From: Eledone cirrhosa
Lineage: Eukaryota
Direction of reading: 5' to 3'
DNA length: 64,000 nt
NCBI GenBank assembly: GCA_964016885.1
Contig: OZ024759.1
Span: forward strand, 27,466,001 to 27,530,000
Shown here: piece after piece, positions 12,196 to 23,909 of the stretch
Layout of the letters: each line of letters starts with the position of its first letter
Numbering within the stretch: the first letter of the stretch is position 1
Program-made: the position numbers and the translations under genes
Notes under the pieces: generated by a model
What the model was told of the DNA's origin: nothing
Seen by the model: only the letters and a program-made list of their open reading frames with translations
The model's database searches: none

Positions 12196-12419
12196 AGGTT
12201 GCCTTCACTACAGAGCCCACGTCTATTTTCTAGACAAAGAAGGATGAAGCAGTTTAAATATTTAAAAAAAAATGACAAAGACAAAACACTCCTATTTAGG
12301 CATCATCATCGATACCATCACCACCAACATGATTACGATCATTGATCTTCACTACCGAAAATGTTTTCATAATGGTAGACAAAACAACAGATTGTTGTAA
12401 CTCGTGTCAGTCACGTTTG

Positions 12420-12674
12420 GTAAATTAGTGTGTGTTGAAACAGTAAGGAAGAGGAAACGTCAGTATTTTAGTCATGCCATCGGGGCCCAAAATTTGACTA
12501 CCCACATCCTTGAAGAACGAATACAGGGAAAAGGGGACAGGGAAAGGCAGAAACGGAGATGGTCAGGAAGGAGTTTGGCGGAATGTACGGCAATGGCAAG
12601 AGACAGGAAAAGATGGAGAGTGCTCGTCCATGGCCCCCGACCCTCATATGAGGACGAGATGAGGCTAGGCTAGG

Positions 12675-12675
<1 letters not shown>
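12420..12675 (+). mobile_element. Degenerate RTE-like LINE 3' fragment
   Basis: ETVRKRKRQYFSHAIG...ILEERIQGKGDRERQKRRW...MARDRKRWR resembles an RTE ORF2 end. Confidence 0.7.
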
Positions 12676-12738
<63 letters not shown>

Positions 12739-13075
12739 GCGCTTATAACAACACGAAGCTCTCCGAAAAAAAAAAAAAAAAAAAAAAATATAGAAACATT
12801 TAAACGAAGGAAAATATTCTGAAGAAAATTAGAGAAAAACCAAAAAGGCCAAATATGATAATGAATAAATAAATATTGACAAATTATTTATAATTCATTA
12901 TGAATGAATAAAGAAAGAAAAACGAAAGAGTTAATAAAGAGTGTCTCTCATTTGTTTATGTTCCTTATAAGACATCATGTCAACATTTATTAAATAAGCC
13001 GTAGAGACTGGTTGCTGTTCTGTTTGGTATATACTTGCTTTGATATTATATATATATATATATAACGTATATATA

Positions 13076-13127
<52 letters not shown>

Positions 13128-14357
13128 TTATATACATACATACATACATATACACACGCACACATATATAAAACGAAATTGGTCGCTTTGTTTCATTTTT
13201 TCAAATGTCAAGTTATTTTTGGTCCCGATGGTCTTCCATAGAGTTGTTAACACATTCTCTATTGTTGTTGTTATTATTATTGCTTGCTAGTTAAGTAAAT
13301 CTTGATTACTTCTCAAATGTTTTCTTGTGTAAGGGAGAGATTTATAACAACATATTTTAGCTTTTCTTTCGTGTGGATAATAATGGGACTGTTAAAACTG
13401 TGAATGTTGGGTTGTATTTTTTTTAAATTCACGTATACATTACACAAAAAGAGATCGTCTTTTTTCTTCTTCCCTTGTTTATCACTCCAAGTATCTCGGC
13501 AACACGGTTAAAATACACCAAACTCTAGCAAGTGTCTTGAGTCATACATATATATATATATATACACGTACACACACACACACATATGTACACATACATA
13601 CAAAACGTACATATACATATATACGTACACACACACACACACATATATATATATACATACATATACGTACACATATATACATTTACGCACACATTCATAC
13701 AAACGTACACATATATATATACGTACATACATACATATATATATATATACAAACACACGTTTTCCTTTCACACATCATTTTTCTCCTTTGTGCCATCCAG
13801 TTTGAAATCTAATTACAAATACACATATATACATTTACGCACACATACATACAAACGTACACATATATATATACGTACATACATACATATATATATACAA
13901 ACACATACGTTTTCCTTTCACACCTCATCATTATTTTTCTCCTTTGTGCCATCCAGTTTGAAGTCTAATTTAAAAAAAAAATAAATAAAAAAAAACTGGG
14001 AATAAATAAATATTTGATATAATACAAAAAAAAAATGTATGTATCCAAGTCTGCCTATGTGTGCAAATGGACGAACTTTTATCAGTAATTGTCAAAGTAG
14101 TCTTTAATGTATCTTTTTAAAAATATTCATTATTTTAGTTATTTTTTTTTTTTGGTCTTCATCTTCGCCCTCTGCCATATGAAACCGTGTGGTCTAACAC
14201 GGTTGATGTGTTTACCAGAATAACCACAAACGTACAACATTAGTTGGGGTTGCTTTTTAAATCTTGCCTTGCTTTGAGATTTTTGCTTTCGACACGCAGA
14301 TGTCTTGGTTGACTGGCTCATTGTGTGTCTGTGTGTACATATATATGCATTTATGTA

Positions 14358-14389
<32 letters not shown>

Positions 14390-14464
14390 AAACACGGATT
14401 TCTCATTGTTTTGCGTGGTGAGTTTGTGTGAGTAAAATATCTATGTGAAGGGCAAGTATGTGTG

Positions 14465-14525
<61 letters not shown>

Positions 14526-14948
14526 TTATATTTGTAATCCAGTGCTTACATGCTATATATAGTTGTATCATACAGTACTATGTATATAAATATACATTCA
14601 CACACACACAAATAGGTATTAAGCCTAGCCTATAATATAGTTGTAGAGGAAATATGAAGTTGCAACATTCATGCCTTTTCACATGAGAATTTAGTGACGC
14701 CGTGAGTGAAAACAGTCTCTTTCCAACATGAAGTATATATATATACATACATATTATATATATATACATATCATATATATATATATATATATAAAAGCAC
14801 TGTGTGAGAGAATGGTGAAATGTATGTCGAGAAGCCACCACGCATTCATTTTGTCCGACGGCGAGGCGAGAAAAAGAGATATCACAACCACGGCCACCAA
14901 CTACCATCATCCACCATCATCATCATCATCATCTTCATCACAATTTAA

Positions 14949-15317
14949 TTAGCAGCTGTCGTTGTTGCTGACATACTCTTCGAATCCTTCGCTTTCGGTC
15001 ACCAAAGCCCTCTCCAATATCACACGGCCTTCCTTGTACCTCTGGCTTTCCTCCGTGGCGAACTCATACACCCATCCGAGTTTCGACTCGCAGTTCTTAC
15101 AGGACACATCCCGCACCATATGGCGCCCGGTCAACATCACTCTGTCCTGCACCTCGCTGTAATTCAGGTTCACCACCCGATTGAAGAGAAAAGCTCTGCC
15201 CGTCGCACCCGTGAAACGAGTAGATATCAACTCGGAACGGTTGGTTAGAGGTATGTCGCAGCTGGCACAGGAGAAGAGCCTGGTGCCTCCTATGTGACGC
15301 AAGAAAACACGACCCAT
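14949..15317 (-). CDS. YPEL5: Protein yippee-like 5, uninterrupted 122-aa CDS
   Basis: [20 protein letters not shown]...[13 protein letters not shown]...[42 protein letters not shown]: two CxxC zinc-binding pairs and near-identity to YPEL5. Confidence 0.97.
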   Translation of the reverse strand: MGRVFLRHIGGTRLFSCASCDIPLTNRSELISTRFTGATGRAFLFNRVVNLNYSEVQDRVMLTGRHMVRDVSCKNCESKLGWVYEFATEESQRYKEGRVILERALVTESEGFEEYVSNNDSC

Positions 15318-15459
15318 TGTCGTAAATAGTCAGATAGATAAATGCAAGCGAGGAAGCAGTATTTATATATATATATATAAGACTGAGGTGGTAGATATAT
15401 TTAGACAGAATCAAAGATGCATGGAGAAGTGTATATACACATAGATACCAGCGAGAGAA

Positions 15460-15494
<35 letters not shown>

Positions 15495-16439
15495 CAAGAA
15501 ACTATACCTATATAAGACTGGAGATAGATATATTAGATAGAATAGATTGGAAGTATGTATATACAGAAATAATATAAAATGTAAGCGAGAAAACACTTGA
15601 GAGGGTAGATATACTAAATAGTATTAAAAATGCAAGGACATATGTCTATATATATATACGTGTTTATATGTCTACAGTCGATAAATAGATAGATATAAAA
15701 CAGATATAGATAGATAGCTAGGTATAAAACAGATATATATAGAGAGAGAGAGATAAATAAATAGATATATAGATAGGTATGTGTATAACTAGCAGAGATA
15801 GACAGATAGGTATATAGATAGTAGAAATAATAAGATAGATAAATATATGTATAGCTAGCAGAGATAGGTATATATAGATAGATAGAATGGTGGGTAGATA
15901 GGTCTATAGATGGAATGGTAGATGGGTAGATAAGTCTATAGATAGAATGGTAGATAAGTCTATAGATAGAACGGTAGATAGGTCTATAGATAGAAGAGAT
16001 AATTAGATAGACAGGTACCAGAGATAGAGCAAATATAAATATAGAGAGGGGCTAAAATTAAATGATGCAAGCGAAATAAGATAAATATATGCAGGGAAAA
16101 TAAATAAATAGCTTAAATGAATATGGAAACCTCTTCGTCTTATTTTTTTGCTGCTGTCGTTATAAATATTTTTGTCTGACTTTTATCTCGCCTTTCATTA
16201 TTTCGTCTTTTACTAGTTTCTTCTCGTATGTCCTGTTTTCTTAATCCTTTTAATGCGTCTTTTCAAGAACGAGCAAGATAGTTTATGAATGGTTTGTAAA
16301 CTATAGTAAAACAGTTTTATGGATCCGTCAGCTTGAATTTAGTGCAAGTTCTTTAGTTATTATTTTCCTTCAGCAGAAATCTACGAAGGTGCGAATATAG
16401 CAGAACAGACTTGGACTCCTTTTCAGGGAAAACCAAAAC

Positions 16440-16460
16440 ATTTGTGACGTAAACAACACA
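16440..16460. promoter_or_regulatory. Overlapping CRE-like (TGACGTAA) and forkhead (GTAAACA) motif in the probable YPEL5 promoter
   Basis: TTTGTGACGTAAACAACAC lies in unique sequence about 1.1 kb upstream of the YPEL5 ATG. Motif match only. Confidence 0.3.
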
Positions 16461-16782
16461 TTGGAAACGAGGCTCAGTCAACAGCAATATTATGGAAACC
16501 TATACACTGACATAAATACAACAAACAAACAACAAAAACATTATTGATGCATGGATTGGCAGAATCGTTAGAGCGTCGGACAAAATGTTTTGTGCAAACA
16601 ATATCTATCCATCTCTCTCTCTATATATATACATATATATAATATATAAATTACCATCGCAGATGTTCGACGAGCTTTTGATTCCAGAGTCGGGTCCGAT
16701 TGATACAGATCGAACCTTGAGCTGATCAATCGCAAAATGCACGTCACACCTCAATAAATGTTATGAACATTTAACACCTCGT

Positions 16783-16834
<52 letters not shown>

Positions 16835-16837
<3 letters not shown>

Positions 16838-17692
16838 GGTGCGGCCGATATTTGTTCGCAATTTTCAACTGCTAATTTTATGCAAATTTTTTTAACTTCC
16901 GTTGTCACTCTTGACTTCGTAAAAACAGTGACTATATTTCCATTATTTATTTTCAGAATAATTGATTATGAATAATTTTGAACCTCCAAATTTGTGGAAG
17001 AGACACGGAGTTCTTCTTGGAATCCGCGCCGAGAGGACAAATAAGACCAGAAGGTCAACTCCCAGAACAACAGGTGGCTCTCTGTCTCATCCAAAGACGT
17101 GTCCAGAGTCATGCAGACAAAGTTTCCAACGACAACATTGGTCTTAGGTGTCGTCAGCAGTCAAGGTTACGTCATGCTACCTCACTTCTTCCTTGAGGGC
17201 CTCAAGCTGAACACCGATGGCTCGATCCGCGTTCTAGGTCGACCAGGTAGCTGCAGGTAGGCCGTACGTGTGGCAGCAAGACTCAGCGCCCTGCCATACC
17301 AGCCGAAAGACCCAAGCCTGGCTGTCAGAGAACTTCGTCGACCACACTTCACCTGACATCTGGCCTCCCAGCTCGCCTGACTGCAACCCCCTCGACTTCT
17401 TTGTGTGGGGCGCAGTGGAACGAGACACCAACAGATCTAGCTGCAATACGAAAGACGATCTGAGGCCAGGACCACAAGTGCCTTTAGGGGCCTAAGTCGG
17501 GGGACAGTGACGAAGGCCTGTAGCCGGTTCCGAGGCCGTCATCAAAGCCAATGGCAGGTTTATCGAGTGAAATCGAAAGAAAAAGTCATGAAGACAAACT
17601 GACCCAAGTTTGATAAATAAATCTTAAAAAATAAACTACTGTGTTATTTTTTCCTAGACAGTAATCTTGAGAACAGATATCGTCCGCACACA

Positions 17693-17695
<3 letters not shown>
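16835..17695 (+). mobile_element. Internally deleted Tc1/mariner element, DD37D (maT) family
   Basis: TIRs CAGGGTGCGGCCGATATTTGTTCGCAA / GAACAGATATCGTCCGCACACACTG between TA tracts. Transposase fragment WQQDSAPCHT...WPPSSPDCNPLDF has 37 residues between the 2nd and 3rd catalytic D. Confidence 0.93.
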
Positions 17696-17736
<41 letters not shown>

Positions 17737-19112
17737 GGCGTAATCATTATATTCAAGGGAATTAACTCCTGCAAAATATTTCAGAGTTATCTTTAGTTTT
17801 TGCAAATGGCCGAAATCTTAAGGAAAAATGTATTTAGGTCTCTATTAAAAGATTTCGAGGTAAAATTGTATAACCATGGGGATGATGGTGGTTTTTGTCA
17901 TGTTGATGTTGATATTAGCAGTGATGGACAGCATTCTTCACCCTATGAGATGTCATCTGTTCTTCGTCCCCTTTTGTTTGTTGCATAATACTGAAATATG
18001 GAGATGACATCAATCTGTACCTTGAGATAAAAAAGATAGATCCTGAACACTATAGATCTTTCCTGCAATCAGGCCTGGACACAATGCAGCAATGGATTAT
18101 AGCACTGCATCTTTCAAAACTTCCATGCTTCCTGAAATTCGCCAACACTACACCTGATATTCCCCCTCCATCAATGAGCTCGGCTGGTCTCACCTACCTT
18201 CACCTCCTATCTACTAACACTTGACCCACGTCCTTACACACCCAACACACCCCAGTCCCTGTCCATACTGTAAAGTGGCCGTGTTGGTGCCACGTTAAAA
18301 GGTACCCAATACACACTGTAAAGTGGTCGTGTTGGTGCCACATTAAAAAGCACCAGTACATACTGTAAAGTGGTGTTGGTGCCACATTAAAAAGCACCCA
18401 GTACACACAGTAAAGTGGTCGTGTTGGTGCATATTAAAAGGTACCCAGTACATACTGTAAAGTGGTCATGTTGGTGCCACATTAAAAAGCACCCAGTACA
18501 CACTGCAAATGTGGTTGGTATTAGGAAGGGCAGACATCTGTAGAAACCAAGCCAGTATGAGCAAGGCATGGTCACCTGATCTGACTTATCACATAACAGG
18601 ACAATTCGTCTAGCCCATGCTAGATTGGAAAAATGGATGTTAAACGGTGATCATATATATATATGGTGGTGATAATGATTATGTTCATGGTGTTGGTAAT
18701 GATGATGGTGATGTTGGTGGTAATGATGATGATAATGATGGTAGTGGTGGTGGTGGTGACAATGATGTTGGTGTGTTGGTGGTAATGATGATGATGATAT
18801 TGGTGTTGGTGATGATAAGGATGTTGATGTTGGTAATGATGATGGTGGTGGTAACAGTGATGATGGTGGTGATGGTGGTGGTGGTAACAGTGATGATGAT
18901 TATGATGGAGGGTGAGGAGGATTTTTTAATAGCTTACTTCCTCATTCTAAAGCAGGATAGTCTTACTGAGAACCTGAAAGTGAAGGGGGGGGGGGTCCTA
19001 ACAAAAGGAGAAAGAGAGGGAGAAAGATATATATATATATATATAGAAAGAGAGAGAGGGGAGGGAAGAGACAAGAGAAAAACAGAGTCCTGAAGTTGTA
19101 TGATTAACATAG

Positions 19113-19170
<58 letters not shown>

Positions 19171-19266
19171 AGATGTCACCATGAATGGACCTGTTATTTT
19201 TATCTAAAGACATTTTTTCCAATTCCAGCCCGCCCGTCCCCTCAATCTATTTTATTTCTCATTCTT

Positions 19267-19302
19267 TCTTCTGATGAAGGACTATCGTCCGAAACGTTAA
19301 GA
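19267..19302 (+). ncRNA. Minimal (Penelope-type) type I hammerhead motif
   Basis: UCUU-CUGAUGA-A-GGAC(UAUC)GUCC-GAAACGU-U/AAGA: stem I UCUU/AAGA, perfect 4-bp stem II, palindromic ACGU stem III. Confidence 0.65.
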
Positions 19303-19459
19303 CCCTCGTCCTGCTATATCAAGCGTTAGCCTAATATATCCCTTCCACATACTGTACCGATTGTGTTGTTATTTCTGTTTACCTTTTACATACATATATA
19401 TATATGTGTATGAATTATATATATACATATACATATATGTATAATTGTATGTGTGTGTA

Positions 19460-19507
<48 letters not shown>

Positions 19508-19511
19508 TACA

Positions 19512-19555
<44 letters not shown>

Positions 19556-19577
19556 CACACATATACAATTACACATA

Positions 19578-20471
19578 CAGGGTGAGGACGATATTTGTTC
19601 GCAAGATTACTGTCTATGAAAAAATAACACAGTAGTTTTATTTTTTAAGATTTATTTACCAAACTTGGGTCAGTTTGTCTTCATGACTTGTTCTTTCGAT
19701 CTCAGTCGATAAACCCGCCATTGGCTTTGATGACAGCCTCAAGGCGGCCTCGGAACCGGCTACAGGCCTTCATCACTGTCCCCTGACTTATGCTCCTAAA
19801 GGCACTTGTGATCCTGGCCTTCAGATCGTCTTTCGTATTGCAGCTAGATCTGTTGGTGTCTCGTTCCACTGCGCCCCCACACAAAGAAGTCGAGGGGGTT
19901 GCAGTCAGGCGAGCTGGGAGGCCAGATGTCAGGTGAAGTGTGGTCGACAAAGTTCTCTGACAGCCAGGCTTGGGTCTTTCGGCTGGTATGGCAGGGTGCT
20001 GAGTCTTGCTGCCACACCTACGGCCTACCTGCAGCTACCTGGTCGATCCTGGGCTTTACTACCTCGCTCAGAACACAGATGTAGCCATCGGTGTTCAGCT
20101 TGAGGCCCTCAGGGAAGAATTCGGGTTTTCTGAAGACGTCAGATCGTCGATCATGTGTTTTCCTCTCTGATGTTGCTTCATAGTTGAATCCTGAATCTTC
20201 CAATTCCTTTCTGACCATTTCCACCATTCTCCTGCTGATGCTGAGAAAATCTGAAATTTCCTTATTTGTCTTCCCGGCACGGATTCCAAAAAGAACTCCG
20301 TGTCTCTTCAACAAATTTGGAGGTTCAAAATTATTCATAATCAATTATTCTGAAAATAAATAATGGAAATATAGTCACTGTTTTTATGAAGACAAGAGTG
20401 ACAACGGAAGTAAAAAAAATTTGCATAAAATTAGCAGTTGAAAATTGCGAACAAATATCGTCCACACCCTG
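19578..20471 (-). mobile_element. Second deleted maT (DD37D) copy, opposite orientation
   Basis: TIRs CAGGGTGAGGACGATATTTGTTCGCAA / TTGCGAACAAATATCGTCCACACCCTG with TA flanks. Keeps the N-terminal HTH region (GKTNKEISDFLSISRRMV) and the catalytic C-terminus, with frameshifts. Confidence 0.93.
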
Positions 20472-20872
20472 TACATATATACATATATATACTGTATAGG
20501 TTATCCATGTTAATCTTCATTCATTCATTATTAATACTCCAGGAACTGCTTACCTAGAAACTGTCCGAAATCGGCCATCCAAATGCCACAACTAAGTAAA
20601 CATCTTGATGAGTCAGCCAACACCACATGTTAAAATCCTCCACGGTACAGATTACTCAGAACCTCTACTTGGATTCCCTTAAGTGATACTTTGTTTACTT
20701 CGATATATATATATATATATATATATATTGTTATATATATATATATATATATATGTTGGAAGATAGACGTTAAACGATGATGATGATATATAACAAATAG
20801 TTTTATCGCTCTACATGGCTGAATATCATATACTTTCATTAGCTCTGACAGTTGGCAGGTAAACAGTATAAG

Positions 20873-20913
20873 GTACTGATGAAGAGTAATCACCCAGAAA
20901 CATTAGTGTCTGC
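20873..20913 (+). ncRNA. Hammerhead-like motif, independent family
   Basis: GUA-CUGAUGA-AGAGUAAUCACCCA-GAA-ACA(UUAG)UGU-C/UGC; stems I and II are short or imperfect. Confidence 0.45.
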
Positions 20914-21624
20914 GGTTCTGTTTACATGCCAACACAAGAGCAAGAATGACGGAGTCATTCTACTCACATGGCTTAAAGAGGCTGTTTGCATAATTGTAAA
21001 CGAATCGAATATTATTATTAATATTAAAAATAGTTACGCCCCTTTACGATCTGAGTTCAAATCCCGCCGAGGTTGACTTTGCCTTTCATCCTTACGGGGT
21101 CGATAAAATATAGTACCAGTAATGCACTGGGTAATTGCTGGCCTTGTGCCTAAAGTAGAAACAATTATTAATATTAAAAAAACTCAGATATATATATATA
21201 TATGTGTGTGTGTGTACGTATGTATATATATATATATATGTGTTTATGTATATGTATATATATATATATATATTAATATATATAATATATAAGATCAAAA
21301 GATGGTGAGGTAATGATTCACATAGATGATATATATACATATTTGTGTGTATGTATGCATGTATATATATATATGCATATTTAAACATTACCAATTATAT
21401 ATATATATATATATATAGGAACAACTATGACCCCGACGGCAGAGCTCAAGCCGTCTCGATGGCTAATTCTGGACCTGAATTAGCCGTCGAAACGGCTTGA
21501 GCTCTGCCGTCGGGGTCATACTTGTTCCTATTACCCACTCTACTACCCTAAGTATTGAGTACTTTGGTGCGTTATGGTCCATCTGGTTCCTTACCACATT
21601 TCCTTCGTTATATATATATGTATA

Positions 21625-21660
<36 letters not shown>

Positions 21661-22391
21661 GAGAGAGAGAGAGCATGATTGCGAGAGTGAGAGAGATTGC
21701 TAGAAAGAAAGATGGAAGAGAGAGAGAGAGAGCTGGAGGAGAGTGAGAGTACTGAAGTTAATATGTCTAACATAGACAGATGATATAGGTCAGAGTTATT
21801 GAGTTGTTAAATTGCCAGCCACTGCATCCATTCATATGCTGAACAAAATGGTAAAAGAAAACCTGCTGGTTCAGGGATTCATTATGTTGATCATCTGATG
21901 TATTTTAGGAACAGTACCGGACAGCCGGACAGGCAGCCAGCCACTCTCTTCCACACCCAACCCACCCTACATAGCCATGTCTGTAAAGGAAGCTGTGTTA
22001 GTTGATTATATATTTTGATCCAGAACATCATGAAGAACAATAATGTTTCTTCTCTGAAGATTCTAAGAGAAGATTACATATAATTGTTTCTGCTTTTTTT
22101 CACAAGGCCAGCAAATACCCCAGTGTATTACTGGTACTTTATTTTATCGACCCCGTAAGGATGAAAGGCAAAGTTAACCTCGGTGGGATTTTAACTCAGA
22201 CCATAAAGGGCCGTAAAGAGAAGATTACATATAATTGTTGCTACTTTTGGCACAAGGCCAGCAATTACCCAGTGCATTACTGGTACTTTATTTTATCGAC
22301 CCTGTAAGGATGAAAGGCAAAGTTAACCTCGGCGGGATTTGAACTTAGAATGCGTCAAAGCATGGCGTCCGACCCTCTATGTAATCATATA

Positions 22392-22466
<75 letters not shown>

Positions 22467-22811
22467 GTTTTAACCTGATTAGTTCTTTCGTTGTTTTGGT
22501 ATTGTATGGTTGGGTTTTGCCTACCGCAATTTTCAATTTGTCAAGCTATTTAAACGTATGTTATTACTCTAAGGACCTACCCTGATTGAGTGCTTTGCTA
22601 CTCATTCCTTATTGTAGGTCGACTTTGCTTGGCCACAGCCAAAGCTTCGATTTTACCAAGCTTCCACTTATATATATATATATAAATATATAGTCCTATG
22701 CGAGCAAGACAACCACACTTGCCTCAAGTGGGAAAACTCCCGTCCAAACCCATGCAAGCGTGGAATATGGACGTTAAACGATGATGATGATGATGATGAT
22801 GATGATGATAT

Positions 22812-23150
22812 ACGATGGCTGCAAATAAGCGTTTGAATATTGCCATCGCTTAATGAAATGTTCAAAAATGTGAGACACGAATGTGACTCTTCAAACCAGC
22901 CAAAGACTTGCACCCTCTGGTACATACATAGCAACTGTAGATTCCTCTGGGACTTCCCAGTTTGGTTCTGACTGTGCATTCTCATATTTCTTTTAAGACC
23001 TCCCATGCTTGCACATTCTTACCACATCCTCTTCACTTTTTCAGATCATGCTGTTCATAATCTACATGAGGTCTATTCATATGATTTTGTTCATGTCTTA
23101 TCAGACCAGCTTTCTTCAGGCAGATTCGACCAAAGTGCTGGCAAACCAGA
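22812..23150 (-). pseudogene. Decayed triple C2H2-like zinc-finger segment, probably the ORF2 C-terminus of an RTE-clade LINE
   Basis: Manual translation: CQHFGRICLKKAGLIRHEQNH / *RGCGK-ECASMGGLKRNMRMH / CYVCTRGCKSLAGLKSHIRVSH*, with a stop and frameshifts; followed by GCAGCCATCGTAT(ATC)n. Confidence 0.65.
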
Positions 23151-23684
23151 TACTGCTCATATATATATATATATATATATATATCATCATCATCATTTTA
23201 CGTCCCCTTTTTCCCTGCTTGCAAGGGTGGGACGGGAATTGATTCTGGCTTGATTTCTACAGCTGGATGCTCTTCCTAACACCAACCTCATTTACAGTGA
23301 GTGCTGGGTGGTTTTTTTTGCCGTGGCACCTCCACGACCACTTTGCAGTGGAATGATAGGGACTGGGGTCCCTATCATTCCACTGCATTTCTACAGCTGA
23401 GTAAACTGGAGCAATGTGAAATAAAGTGTCTTGCTCAAGGAAACAACACATCACCTGGTCTGAGAATTGAACTCACAACCTTTCGATTGCAAGGCCAATG
23501 CTCAAACCCCTAAGCCATGTGCCTTCATATATATATACGGCTAATTCTGTACTGAATTAGCCGTCGAAACGGCTTGAGCTCAGCCATCGGGGTCTTACTT
23601 ACTCCTATTACCCACTCTACTACCCTAAGTATTGAGTACTTTGGTGCGTTATGGTCCACCTGGTTCCTTACCACTTTTCCCTCG

Positions 23685-23730
<46 letters not shown>

Positions 23731-23909
23731 CGTTGGCTCACATGTGTCTCTGGTCCATCTAGTGATCAGAGGCTCTGCTTGAGTACTGGCTGGTGAGGTG
23801 TTAGTTTGGTACCACATGTAGCAGTCTTCAAATATTCAAGGGTACCCAACCGAGTATTAGACATTAAGGAAACAGAAGACCACATGGTTGAGCTGTGATT
23901 TCTCAATTG

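Noticed and set aside
20018-20344. Functional transposase gene
   Set aside because: A large internal deletion removes the first catalytic Asp region and the downstream frame is broken; all copies here are non-autonomous.
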